A model generated the notes under the pieces. It ran no database searches, was not told the origin of the DNA, and saw only the letters and a list, made by a program, of their open reading frames with translations. Position numbers and translations under genes: made by a program. From the NCBI GenBank assembly GCA_965237955.1, contig OZ250169.1, forward strand, positions 3,200,001 through 3,264,000: 64,000 bases of DNA, in the 5' to 3' direction. This document shows, piece after piece, positions 1 through 10,574 of the stretch; position 1 is the first letter of the stretch, and each line of letters starts with the position of its first letter. This DNA comes from Candidatus Marinacidobacterales bacterium. GTDB taxonomy: Bacteria; Acidobacteriota; Vicinamibacteria; Marinacidobacterales; SMYC01.

Positions 1-975
1 GGCACCTTGTTCGCACGGCGCTCACGCCGCAGCTTCCGAGCCTGCTCGAGTTTGCGGTCTCGCTCCGACCAGATCTGGGTGGCCTTGCCATCCATGAAGT
101 CCAGCGGCGCAATGTAGCCGATCGCGCTGTGCAGGCGAACCCCGTTGTAATATTCGACGAATCGTTCCATCAAGCGGCGAGCCTCTTCGAGGCTCGTGGG
201 GCTGGCAGGACGCAGGGCGTCCGATTTTATCGTCTTGTGCCAACGCTCGATCTTCCCGTTCGATTGCGGGTAGTACGGTGCGGTCCTCACGTGCGTCATC
301 CCTGAGATGCGGATGAATGCCTTGAAGTCCTTCGCGATGTACTGCGGACCGTTGTCCGAGATGATTCGAGGCCGCGCATCGGGGTACCGCTCCTTTGCTC
401 GCTCCAAGATGCACTCCACATCCGCTTCCGTCATCGACTCACGAATCTCCCAGTGAACCACCGCGCGGCTCGCACCATCCAGAAACGAGCAGAGGTAGTA
501 GAACGTCCCACCCAGGTTCAAGTACGAGATATCCGTGTGCCAGTGCTGGTGCGCTCGCAGCGGCTGAACGAAGCCCGTTCCCTTCTTCGACGGCTTCGGG
601 TTCCAACGGTCCAGACGACCCGCCTTCGACAACACCCGGTACGTCGTCGAGGGGCTAACTGCCACCACGTCTTCGTCCAGCATCATGAACGTGAGTCGGC
701 GATACCCGTCCAGTGGGTGGCAGTCGAAGTAGTCGATCACGGACTGGCGCTCCCATTCTTCGATCCAGTGATCCCGCGGCACCAGGCCGTTGTGCTCATT
801 CACCTTCCCGTACCGCTTGCGCCAGTCGTAGAACTTGCCCCGAGCGATCCCGCACCACTGAACGATCTGCTGGACCGGAAGCTGGGTCTTGGTGGCGATT
901 GTGTTCACGAAGTCGACAACCTCGTCACGACGGTCATGGGGAATCCAGGCACCACTCAGGCTTCCCCAAGTTTTT
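1..975 (-). CDS. IS3-family transposase OrfB (rve DDE domain), 3'-partial, probably expressed by -1 frameshift
   Basis: Manual translation gives WHTDISY...LDGASR...IISDNGPQY...PYYPQSNGKIERWHKTIK...YYNGVRLHSAIGY, with no stop before position 1. Confidence 0.88.
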
Positions 976-1266
976 TTTGAGTGTCACGTACTCTTCGGTC
1001 ACCTCAGCGATGATCTGATCCTTACGGGCCACCTTCGCCTCGAGACGGGAGAGCTTCTCCTCTAGCTCCTTCTCACGGCTCGGCGCACGACGGAACGAAA
1101 ACACCGTATGGGCTCCAGCCAATAGCTCCCTTTGCCATGTGTAGAACAGGCTCGGCTGGATTTCTGCCTCGTTGCATACCTCCGAGACCGGCTTTTTCTC
1201 GGCAACGTGCTGGCGCAACAGCTCTGCCTTTTGCTCCGCAGTGTGACGACGACGACCTTTGCTCAT
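934..1266 (-). CDS. IS3-family transposase OrfA (HTH)
   Basis: MSKGRRRHTAEQKAELLRQHV...VSEVCNEAEIQPSLFYTWQRE is a typical OrfA HTH. GGAG RBS precedes the ATG at 1266. Confidence 0.85.
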   Translation of the reverse strand: MSKGRRRHTAEQKAELLRQHVAEKKPVSEVCNEAEIQPSLFYTWQRELLAGAHTVFSFRRAPSREKELEEKLSRLEAKVARKDQIIAEVTEEYVTLKKNLGKPEWCLDSP

Positions 1267-1332
1267 GACAGCTCCTTTTTCCATGTGCGTATTTTAACTT
1301 CAGGACTGTCATGTTCCAGCTGAACCGAAACA

Positions 1333-1732
1333 GTACTTGGCTGCGATGAGGTGGCGGTACCAGCGCAGAAGCGTAGCGGGTGTGGCAACGGACGCAATCT
1401 GGGCCAGCGCCTCGCGGCCCAAAGCCTGGGCCTTGACCGCGAGCCTGCGCCGGTCATCGTCCGAGAGACTGAGACGCTTGCCCCGAAGCCCGGCTCGGAG
1501 CACACGGTTCTCCTCTTGCAGGTAGTCGATCACATCCTGCTGCTGGCGGTTGACCCAGCCAGCTAGAACGAGCAGTAGGAATTGCACGTGGTACGTCATC
1601 ATGGATCTGAAGATAACACCCTCGGGCCAGACGATTGTAAAGCCTACGGCCCTTGGCCCCGGCGCAAACACAGACACTAAGCTGTTGATTTATGGCCTAT
1701 TTCAAAAGGGCCGAGTTTTGGCACAGGACGGG
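1333..1732 (-). mobile_element. Truncated integrase-core (IS481-like/unclassified DDE) element
   Basis: N-terminus ...[24 protein letters not shown]...TPATLLRWYRHLIAAKY is cut by the IS3 end. Terminal motif CCCGTCCTGTGCCAAAACTCG at 1732 is shared with 46441. Confidence 0.8.
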
Positions 1733-1736
1733 ATGC

Positions 1737-4700
1737 TCAAGACGTTGTTTTTTTCGTTGCCGGTGTCTGGATGCGCGGGATCCGATTCTCCTCGATGGCG
1801 CGGTTGAGCTCGGCGATCTCGCCACTGACGACGGCCTTCAGCCGATCGAGCAGCTCGTCCAGCTCTCTCGACATCGACGCGATCTGCGCCTGCCGTTGGG
1901 CGCTCGGCGCTTCCGTGTAGGTGTCGAGGATGCCATAGAGACGCATCAGTCGTTGGTACAAAGGTCCGGATGCGCCACCAAAGGTGAGCGTTCGTCCCCC
2001 GTCGCGCGAGAGCAAGCGCTCGAGCTCCGATACGCTCGTTTTCACCGCCGCGAACGCGGTCGTGACCGTCTCGGGCGCGTCGTCGAGTGCGGCTTCGAGC
2101 CCCTCGGTCTGTTCGGTCAAGGCAGCGGCTTGCTCGTGCGCTTCGTGCATTCCCGAAATCAGCCGGCGAAGCTCGAGAAGAGCATCGAGATGCGCTCGGC
2201 GATCGGCGTCGCTCACGCGCACGTTTGGATCGTCGGTCACGATGACCGTGCGCTCGGCCGACTCTGAGCCGGCCTCGACCCGCACCGTGTAGGTACCGGG
2301 AAGGACTCGCGGTCTGAGAAGATTGATCGCCTCGAGGTTTCCATTCTGCCTACCCTCTTCGAGACCAGGAGGTGGATTGTTGGAGCCCTCCGCGGGCTCG
2401 GTCGGGATCGCTTCGTCATATCTCAGATCCCAGTTGGTGCGGTTGAGCCCTACGTGGCTCGAGCCTTCAATTGTACGGACGACCTGGCCGGTGGCGTCGG
2501 TCACGGTGACTTTCACCGCCTCTGGTTCGCTCAAATAGTAGTGGATGAGCGCCTGCGGCGGGTTCTTGGCGAGAAACACCTTGTGGCCCGGGTGGCCTTT
2601 GTAGTGGAAGAGGCGGTAGTTGATCGCGTCCCGAATGGGAAAGACATGAAGCTTCGCCGCAAGCACCGCGTCGCTCAAATTCTCGAGCGGCTTGATGTCG
2701 TCGAGGACCCAGATGCTGCGGCCGTATGTTCCTAGAATGAGGTCGTTGTCGCGCGGATGGATCGCGATGTCGTCGACCGGCACCCGGGGAAAGCTCCCGC
2801 GCATCTCGTGCCATACCTCGCCGCCGTCGAAAGAAACGTACACCCCCCGCTCGCCCCCGGCAAACAAAAGCGCACCGTTGTCCGGGTGCTCGCGGATGAC
2901 GTTCAGCGTGTGGCCTTCGGGGATACCTGTGGTGATGCGTCGCCACGTTTCACCGTTGTCGTCGCTCGCGAAGGCGTAGGTGGCGAAATCGCCGTTGCGG
3001 TGACCATCGAGGGTGGCATAGACGCGCCCTTCCGCATGGTGGGATGAAACGATCCGGGTGACGTGCGTTTCTTTGTGTATGCCGTCGTGGTGGATGCCAG
3101 GGGGGACGCCGGGCAAGTTGGCCGCGACGTTGTTCCAGCTTTCGCCACCGTCTCGTGAGACTTGAATATTGCCATCATCTGTTCCCACGTAGAGCAGGCC
3201 TTGAACGAGAGGAGACTCACTGATGGTTGTGATTGTCGAGGCGCCTCTGTTCCGCGACAGGGTGTCGTCGTTCAACGTTCCGCCCAGGTTCTTGGTCAAG
3301 TCGGCGGTACGAGTCCATTCGTCGCCCCGATTCGTCGACTTAAACAGCCGGTTGCCGCCGTAATAGATCGTCTTCGAATCGTGGGGCGAAATAACAATGG
3401 GACTGTTCCAGTTGAAACGGTAGGGGGCCTCACCTTCATCGGGCTCGGGCCGGATCGTCTTGATCTCGAGCCGCCTCACATTGAGGCGGCGCAAGACTCC
3501 GTTCTGCGACTCGAAGTAGATCGTCTTCGCGTCGTTGGGATCGACTTGGGTGTAGAAGCCGTCGTCGCCGCCGACGTGCCACCAATCTTCGTTGGAGATG
3601 CCTTGCTGGTGGCGGGTTCTAACCGGTCCTCCCCAGTTCGCGTTGTCCTGAAGACCGCCGTAGATATTGTAGGGGGTCTCCATGTCGTAACCGATCTCGT
3701 AAAACTGTCCTATCGCGATGGTGTTCACGAAATCCCAGGTGAGACCGCGATCGTAGGAGTAATGGATGCCCCCGTCCGAGCCCAAGAGCAGGTGGTTCGA
3801 ATCGCACGGGTTGATCCAAAGAGCATGGTGGTCACCGTGGATGCGGGTGACGTGATCGGTGACGAAGGTTCTTCCGCCATCGTCAGAGTTGTACATGCTG
3901 GCACCAAACACCCAGATGCGCTGATCGTTGAGGGGATCGATGCGAATCTCGCTGTAATTCGACGGGCTCGGGTTGGTATCGCTCATCCTCTTCCACGTTT
4001 CGCCCTTGTCTTCCGAACGAAAGATGCCACCCTCGGCGTTCTGGATAATCGCGTAGACGATGCGGGGGTCTTTGCGATAGATATCGAGGCCGATCCGGCC
4101 GGTGTCGCCTTCAGGGAGGCCGGTGGTGAGCTTCGTCCACGTCACCCCGCCGTCGGTCGTCTTGTACAGGCCGCTTTCGGGACCCCCGCCGTTGGAGCCG
4201 CGCCTCTGGTAGGCCGCGGCGTAGAGCGTGTCCGGACTTTCGAGATCCATCGCGAGGTCGATGAAGCCTGTGTCCTGGCTGATGAACGTGGTATTCTTCC
4301 AGGTCTTGCCACCGTCCGTCGTCTTGAAGACGCCCCGTTGCTCGTTCGGTCCCCTGGAACCACCGACCGCTGCAACGTAGACGATGTCGGGATTTGTAGG
4401 GTGGATGTGCATCCGTCCGATACGGTGGGTGTCCTCAAGTCCCATGTTCGTCCACGTTGCGCCACCGTCCATCGACTTGTAGACGCCATCGCCCCGTGAG
4501 GTGCGGTTTCCGGTGCCGGCCCATACGATCGAAGGGTCGGACGGCGCGACCGCGATATCGCCGACGCCCGATACCGGCTGGTCGTCGAAAAGCGGCTCCC
4601 ATGTGGTACCGTTGTTTGTCGTCTTCCAGATCCCGGCGGTCTCCGGCGCCACGAAGGCGATGTTCGGGTTCGACTCGACGACCGCGAAATCGACGATGCG

Positions 4701-4832
4701 TCCGCCGAAAATCGCCGGGCCGATACTGCGCCATTCGAGGTTGTCGAGCACGGAATCCACGGCGTCGTCCCCGAATGCGCCTGACGCGCTCAAGGTGAGG
4801 GCTAGGAAAGCAAGGAGAAAAAAGCGTCTCAT
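1737..4832 (-). CDS. Secreted VPS10/BNR (Asp-box) repeat beta-propeller protein, glycosyl-hydrolase-like
   Basis: Signal peptide, WRSIGPA..GGRI start, many S/T-x-D-G-G-x-T-W Asp boxes, GGLQDN motif, C-terminal coiled coil. 1031 aa open frame. Confidence 0.88.
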   Translation of the reverse strand: MRRFFLLAFLALTLSASGAFGDDAVDSVLDNLEWRSIGPAIFGGRIVDFAVVESNPNIAFVAPETAGIWKTTNNGTTWEPLFDDQPVSGVGDIAVAPSDPSIVWAGTGNRTSRGDGVYKSMDGGATWTNMGLEDTHRIGRMHIHPTNPDIVYVAAVGGSRGPNEQRGVFKTTDGGKTWKNTTFISQDTGFIDLAMDLESPDTLYAAAYQRRGSNGGGPESGLYKTTDGGVTWTKLTTGLPEGDTGRIGLDIYRKDPRIVYAIIQNAEGGIFRSEDKGETWKRMSDTNPSPSNYSEIRIDPLNDQRIWVFGASMYNSDDGGRTFVTDHVTRIHGDHHALWINPCDSNHLLLGSDGGIHYSYDRGLTWDFVNTIAIGQFYEIGYDMETPYNIYGGLQDNANWGGPVRTRHQQGISNEDWWHVGGDDGFYTQVDPNDAKTIYFESQNGVLRRLNVRRLEIKTIRPEPDEGEAPYRFNWNSPIVISPHDSKTIYYGGNRLFKSTNRGDEWTRTADLTKNLGGTLNDDTLSRNRGASTITTISESPLVQGLLYVGTDDGNIQVSRDGGESWNNVAANLPGVPPGIHHDGIHKETHVTRIVSSHHAEGRVYATLDGHRNGDFATYAFASDDNGETWRRITTGIPEGHTLNVIREHPDNGALLFAGGERGVYVSFDGGEVWHEMRGSFPRVPVDDIAIHPRDNDLILGTYGRSIWVLDDIKPLENLSDAVLAAKLHVFPIRDAINYRLFHYKGHPGHKVFLAKNPPQALIHYYLSEPEAVKVTVTDATGQVVRTIEGSSHVGLNRTNWDLRYDEAIPTEPAEGSNNPPPGLEEGRQNGNLEAINLLRPRVLPGTYTVRVEAGSESAERTVIVTDDPNVRVSDADRRAHLDALLELRRLISGMHEAHEQAAALTEQTEGLEAALDDAPETVTTAFAAVKTSVSELERLLSRDGGRTLTFGGASGPLYQRLMRLYGILDTYTEAPSAQRQAQIASMSRELDELLDRLKAVVSGEIAELNRAIEENRIPRIQTPATKKTTS

Positions 4833-4911
4833 CCTGTATACCTCCCAGTTTGGGGCATCCTACCCGACGTGATAAGAGAATGTCCACGTTCACTCGCGAC
4901 GCAATACTTAG

Positions 4912-5044
4912 CTAGTCCCCTGGATCTTTGATTACTATACAAAGTTAGGCTTTTCGCCAGCCCATAAGATTCATAAGATTCATGCACTTAGAAGGGTTTC
5001 GGCAAGCTCTGTTTTATCTAGTTTGTTCTGATACAGGGGACTAG
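4912..5044. mobile_element. 125-bp MITE, copy 1, flanked by CTAG
   Basis: Core 4916-5040 has terminal IR TCCCCTG(G/T)ATC and CTAG on both sides. Differs at one base from the copy at 55216-55348. Confidence 0.9.
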
Positions 5045-5113
5045 AGCATTTTCGCTTGGTCAGCGCTCGAGAGTATTTTGACGGGAATCGGACCTCCAGG
5101 CCGGCACGTGACA

Positions 5114-5688
5114 CCCGTCGTGTCCAAAAACACGAACGAACTCAAGACCTCGTCGTGTCCAAAAACACAAACGCGTTGCCAAGCCCTTGATGGTTGAGCT
5201 CTCCATGATAATGATAGATGAACTCGGCGACGGCCCGGCGCGTGGGTCTTAGAGTTCGTTTGTATTTTTGGACACGACGGGCTTCCCGATGCTAGAAACG
5301 TAGCAGCCCCGCCAAGCCATTCACGGGAGCGCACCTTGCGCTCGGACTGAGGTAACTGGTCGCGCTGGTCTTGAGTTCGTTTGTGTTTTTGGATACGACG
5401 CGTCCAGAACAATAGACCGGATATTCGAAAACAGTCGCACGAGCGAGCCTCTCCACGTTACCTAAGACGCCGGTGGCGTCGTCGGGTCGACCGGCACGAA
5501 GCAGCCGAGCATGGCAGGTCTAAACCGCGCAATCAACGCCGGAACGCGATCTTCTTTTTTTGCGCATCACAGGCCGACCGGAGCTGGCCGGTCTTGGCTG
5601 GAAACCAATGAGAAACAGGGAAACCCAGGCAATTCGGGGCCATTTTGGGTCTGATCTTGAGTTCGTTTGTATTTTTGGACAGGACGGG
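5114..5688. repeat. Cluster of five copies of a ~35-bp IS-end-like motif (nested MITE remnants)
   Basis: CCCGTCGTGTCCAAAAAYACRAACGAACTCAAGA. Forward at 5114-5149 and 5150-5173 (partial); reverse ending at 5281, 5400 and 5688. Confidence 0.8.
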
Positions 5689-6795
5689 CTTCGTGTGTCG
5701 CCTGCCCCCTGGAGCGCGCCCGTGTAGTTGAGCGCGACGGTGACGAAGAGAGCGGAAACGCTGAGATAACTCAGGAGCTCGCCTCCGAGCGCGAGCACGA
5801 TCGGCTCGTTGAGACCGAATACGCCGAGCAGTTTTTCTGGAATCAGAAGGAAGAGAGATCCGAGGCTTGCGGCGAGGAGCAAGCCGAACATTGCGCTCGT
5901 GCGTGCGGCCTTTTTCGTACGGTCGGGAAAACCGGCGCCTAGATTCTGGCCGGCGACGGCTGAAGTGGCAGCCATCAGCCCCACCGACGTCCATGTCACC
6001 AGCGAGAACAGCTGCGTGTAGCCGACGGCGTAGGCTGCTTGAGCTTCGGCGCTGTGGGGAAGCGAGCCGACGAAGCCCAGGAGCGCCGCGCCGCCGAGAT
6101 TCATCGCGATCCCTTGGAAACCAGTTGGCAGCCCGAATCGAAAGAGCTCACGGATGATCCCCCAGTCGGGGCGAAAGGAGATCGTCTCGGGAAGCCGGAC
6201 GACGAGCTTCTTCGTCACCAGCAGATACATGGCATAACCGCCGACCACGCCCGATGAGATGACGGTCCCGAGCGCGGCGCCGAGCGTTCCGTAAGCGGGG
6301 ATGGGACCCCATCCGCGGATCAACACGACGCTTGCAAGGAAATTGAGCGCCGTCATCGCGACGCCGAGGCGGAGAGAGTACAGAAGCATGCCGAAGCTGA
6401 ATACGAACAGCGTCCTGAGGTAGAGGCGTTCTTGCGTCGCCCGCCGCGCGGAGAACGCCGGCCAACATGGCCGTCAAGATCCCCTGGAAGACGACGCGGT
6501 TGACCTTCTCGGGCTCGCCCGCGCCGGCAAACCGGGCGACGAGGATGCCCATACCCGTGAAAACGGAGGCGACGAAGACGATGACCACCAGGAAGATTTG
6601 CCAGCTCACGCCGATGGCGGCGTTACCGGTAAAGCCGACGTAGCGCCCCACAAGGGTGTGATCGACCATGCCTTGCAGGCCGGCGATGACGTTTTGCAGC
6701 ATCGTCGGCCACGCCAGCTTCCATACGGCTCTGGAGATCGGGCCTTGGACGATCTCGGGGTCGAACTTCTGAAGTTTCGAGTCGCGGGCTGCCAT
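5689..6795 (-). pseudogene. MATE-family efflux transporter, internally rearranged and 3'-truncated
   Basis: KLAWPTMLQN...ARFAGAG...AAGDARTP...GAALGT...GQNLGAG...LQGAGDTRSP is split over two frames and ends at the repeat at 5688. Confidence 0.85.
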
Positions 6796-6845
6796 TGGCG
6801 TCGGTCGGGGATTGTAACGCGCGCGCGCGTCGTTATACTCACGCA

Positions 6846-7322
6846 ATGACCGACAGCGACCGTATTCTCCGCGAGCACCTCGTGAAGCTCTTGGACGGCC
6901 GGCAGGCCCATGTGGGCATAGACTCGGCGATCGACAAGCTATCGCTCGACGATCTTTCGAGAAAGCCGGAGCGCGCGCCTTGGACTCTGTGGGAGCTCTT
7001 CGAGCACATCCGCATAGCGCAGTGGGACATCGTCGAGTTCAGCAAGAGCGCTGAGCATCAATCGCCCGAGTACCCAAAAGGTTATTGGCCCGATGACGAA
7101 GCCCCGCAAGACGCGGATGCATGGAAGCAGAGCGTCGCGTCGTTCCGGCGTGATCTCGCTGCCATGAAAGCGATGGTGCACGACCCGGAAGTCGACCTCC
7201 ACGCGAAAATCCCGCACGGGGACGGGCAAACGATTCTTCGGGAGGTGATGCTGATCGCGGATCACGACGCGTACCATCTCGGGCAGATGGTGCTCCTGAT
7301 GAAAATGCTCGGGCGGTGGTAG
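6846..7322 (+). CDS. DinB-family protein
   Basis: PWTLWELFEHIRIAQWDI and LIADHDAYHLGQ DinB His motifs. Confidence 0.85.
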   Translation: MTDSDRILREHLVKLLDGRQAHVGIDSAIDKLSLDDLSRKPERAPWTLWELFEHIRIAQWDIVEFSKSAEHQSPEYPKGYWPDDEAPQDADAWKQSVASFRRDLAAMKAMVHDPEVDLHAKIPHGDGQTILREVMLIADHDAYHLGQMVLLMKMLGRW

Positions 7323-7526
7323 AAAGGCTTTGCGAGGAGGACGGAGATGGTCAGACCCTCAGGGAAATGGGTCGGGGCGAGAGCGATTACACCGCAGCGA
7401 ACGTGCAGCACTGGCACGGCGCCGCGCCTGACGAGCCGTTCGGCAGGTCGCCGTCGGCTTCGGGAGTGGCATTACCTGGCTCGAGAAAGTTACGGACGAG
7501 GAATACGAAGGCGGCGCACGATAGCG
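7323..7526 (+). pseudogene. Cupin-domain (carboxymuconolactone decarboxylase-associated type) gene fragment
   Basis: YTAANVQHWHGAAPDEP cupin motif 2; no start and a frameshifted tail. Confidence 0.5.
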
Positions 7527-8324
7527 TCAGCCTCGAGTGCCGTTTCTCTCTCGAGCGAGCTCGTCGTGGCGGCGAGCGCTCTCCAAGAGAATCTCCATAC
7601 CGTTTTCGGTCATGGTTCGCTGGGGGGCGCGGAACTCGGGCTCGAACTTGAATCGCCCGTGGTTGAGAAAACACATTCGATTGAAGGCGTCGATGTCGCT
7701 TTCTTGCGCGAGCTCGGCGTGGACCAGGTTGCCGTCTTCGACGTAGATGTGGCCGGGCCGTCGGCTTCCGTTGAGGACGACGATGCGGCCCGTCTTCCGG
7801 CTCGTAAATAGGAACTCGAGAACGCCGGGGAACGTGTCGTCGGCAAGATCGCCCTCGAGCGGGCTCGAGGGTTCTGGTTCGACGCGCTCGCGCCGGCGGC
7901 GGTTTCGGACCGCCCGCATGGTCTTGACCAGATCCTCGTCACTCGCGGCGGCGGACGCGCACGCTTCCGTCGGATACACCATCGACATGTCGGGATCGGA
8001 AGAGTCGCTATCGACGAGGATCATGACCGGAATATCCATCGTTTTGGGATTCTCCTTGATGCTTCGGGCAAGCTCCGAAGCTCCTGGCGGCCCCGTGAAC
8101 GGCGCCACCAGGACGAGGTCCGGCTGCGAACGCTGGCTGACGACGCGCGTCATCGGCCCGGAGTTCGCGGTCAAGATCCTGAAACCGGCACGCTTGGCCA
8201 GCGTTCGGTATCGTTCGCACTCCGTGCCGGGGCTTTCGACGAGCAACAGCGTCGGGTTGGTGAACGTGCCCGTCGGAGCCGGAGAGCGATTCTCTGGAAG
8301 CAAGACGAACTCTTGGTGCGCCAT
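7527..8324 (-). CDS. Atypical receiver domain + DUF4388 (PATAN-like) protein
   Basis: Receiver-like N-half (LLLVE...PDLVLV...IPVMIL) lacks the canonical Asp. C-half LEGDL...VLEFL...KTGRI...GHIYVEDGNLVHA...GRFKF...LLESARRHDE. Confidence 0.75.
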   Translation of the reverse strand: MAHQEFVLLPENRSPAPTGTFTNPTLLLVESPGTECERYRTLAKRAGFRILTANSGPMTRVVSQRSQPDLVLVAPFTGPPGASELARSIKENPKTMDIPVMILVDSDSSDPDMSMVYPTEACASAAASDEDLVKTMRAVRNRRRRERVEPEPSSPLEGDLADDTFPGVLEFLFTSRKTGRIVVLNGSRRPGHIYVEDGNLVHAELAQESDIDAFNRMCFLNHGRFKFEPEFRAPQRTMTENGMEILLESARRHDELARERNGTRG

Positions 8325-8982
8325 GTGTCGAGATCCTTCGTTAAAGATTGGCCACACTTCATGAGGACCGCGGCGCGCACCGCAAGACAGCCCTCGTTAA
8401 ACAGCCTGCAGGACCCCAGACCCCCTCGTCACTGCTAATGCTCACTTCTACAGTCGCGCTCACGCTGGAAAAAGTCACTCGAGTTTCGGTGATTTTTACT
8501 GCTTGTCGGGAGGCGCGCCAGATGCTACATTTGTTGGGTACCAAAGAAAACTGAATAAGTTTCGTCTAGCACCCAAACGCGGCCTCCCCTACCTGGCTTG
8601 CGTTGCCCCCCAGCCCGGGAGCTCGACCGAATACGGCGACTCGTCGCCGTTCGTGTAGAGCCAGGCTTCGTGACCCCTACCCACGTTGGCCCTGGAGGGA
8701 GGCAGGCAAGAACCAAAACCGGCGTCCAGTGCGGGCGACACACCTCCTAGTGTCACCTCGCGCGCCCGACGACGCCGCAAGCGTAGGGGTGTCCTATGAA
8801 AGTCAAGACCCGCATCCAGGCTGGTACTAAGCTGGGATTCGAACGACCACCACAGCCCGTAGTCCATTCGACCTCTTCGCACGGCGGTCCAGCGAGACCG
8901 CCGTGCGAAGACACCTGTCAGGACCCGCCTCACCAATTTGTAGTATCTTCAGGCCGCGCCAACTGGAGCGGCCTGAATGCGG

Positions 8983-10347
8983 ATGAAACGGCACACCCTC
9001 CGAGTCTCTACCTTCCACGCGGTTTTTGTTCTCGTCGCTGTTCCCCTTGCGTCAGCGGAGGCATCGCCCGAGGCGAGAGAGCGTTTTTTCGAAATCCTGA
9101 AATTGAAGGGCGAAGGCGCCTACACGCGTGCTCTGGAGGATGCGAAACAGCTTGCTTCGGAGCACCCGATTTCGAGACCGTCCATCGAACTATCGTCGAC
9201 CTCTACCTCCTATTGGATGACATCGATGCGGCGCGCCGCGACTTCGAGGGGCGAATCGAACGCGATTCCCAAACCGCCTACGCGTACTACGGAATGGGAC
9301 GGATCGATTTCCACGAAGGCGACTTCGACGGCGCGATCGAGAACCTCAAGCGCGCCATACTTCTAGAGCCCAACTTCGCCGAGCCTTTCGGCCTGCGTGG
9401 CGGCCTCCCCGGGGTTTATGAAGCCAGAAAAGATCTCGACGCCGCGATCGCCTACTTCGAGACCCTCACGCTTTCGTCTCCGGACAATGCCAACGCCTTT
9501 TCGGGATTGGGTTGGAGCTATGCCAGAAGCTTCCAAGTTGACAAAGCCATTCCCGCGTTCATGAACGCGCTCGAGATCAATCCCGGCCACGTCCAGTCTT
9601 ACCACGGGCTCGTACAGACTTTTTCTCGAACTGGCCGGTACCAGAAGGGCTTGGAATCCTGCGAAGCATTGAGCGACGCGGCCACGCGAAACGGTGACTT
9701 CGAGATGCTCGCCTACGCCCGAATGATGCAGGGAACTATCGCCTACCGCCGGGGAGACTATCGGACGGCCCTCGTCCATCTCGGCGAAGCCCAAAGACTC
9801 TCCAAAGAAATCGGAGACAGGGCTAGGGAAGGAAGTACCGTGAACAACACCACCATCGTCTACGCGACGGCGGGAGACTACGAAAGAGCACTGCAATACT
9901 TCGAGACCAGCCGCGAGCTCGCCAGAGAGAGCGGCGACGCCCAAGCCGAGCTCAACGCTCTCAATAACATCGGAAGCGTTCACAAGGAAGCTGGGCGCTA
10001 CGAGCGCGCCCTCGTGTCCTATCGCAAGGTAGCTACCGCGAGACGAGAAGCGGGATTCCAGAGCCAGCTGAGTTCGACTCTTGCCAACATGGCGGAGGCG
10101 TTCCAACGTCGCGGCGATCTCGAAGAAGCTCGGCACTATTACAACCAAGCTTTGAAGATTGCAGAAGAGACCCAGAACAAAAGAATCGAAGCTTTACTGG
10201 CTTCTCGGGAAGGCCCACCTCATGAAACAGGATCAGGACCGAGCCCTCGAAGCATTCACCAAGGTCGAGCAGCTCAAGGGAAGACGCGCGGTAGAAGCGC
10301 GACAACTCATCGACGCGATCGCAGAGATCGACGTCAACGGCGGCTGA
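8983..10347 (+). pseudogene. Secreted TPR-repeat protein (CHAT-associated type), frameshifted and fused to the 3' end of another TPR gene
   Basis: Signal peptide MKRHTLR... then a frameshift at ~9165 (HP|DFETV) and many TPRs (LNNIGSVH, LANMAEAF). At ~10190 it switches to ESKLYWLLGKAHLM...NGG* in another frame. Confidence 0.7.
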
Positions 10348-10358
10348 TTCAGCCCCAA

Positions 10359-10565
10359 TTATTCGCTCGCCTGCCTCCGGGTGCTCGTTACACGCTCGTG
10401 CAGCTGCATGATGGCGCTGCTCCCGGTCGTTGGAAACAGCGCGGGAACGAGCGCATGCACGACGCAGGCGAGCGAGCCCACGAACATCGTCCACCCGACG
10501 GAGGCGGCGAAAACTGCGTGTTCGTCCACGGACGCGAGGTGGTCGAGAAATATTTTTCTTATCAT
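10359..10565 (-). CDS. DUF6356-like small protein, possibly with a short internal deletion
   Basis: IFLDHLASVDE|HAVFA...ACVVHALVPALFPTTGS..I.QLH matches the family pattern. Confidence 0.6.
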   Translation of the reverse strand: MIRKIFLDHLASVDEHAVFAASVGWTMFVGSLACVVHALVPALFPTTGSSAIMQLHERVTSTRRQASE

Positions 10566-10574
10566 GACGGTTAC

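Larger units (their letters stand above)
1..1332 (-). mobile_element. IS3-family insertion sequence (runs off window start)
   Basis: orfA/orfB overlap with an A8 slippery run (plus-strand T8 at 971-978). Terminus reads TGTTTCGGTTCAGCTGGAAC on the minus strand from 1332. It cuts the neighbouring transposase mid-frame. Confidence 0.88.

Noticed and set aside
5114-5688. CRISPR array
   Set aside because: Repeats occur in both orientations with irregular spacing, resemble IS ends, and no cas genes are present.
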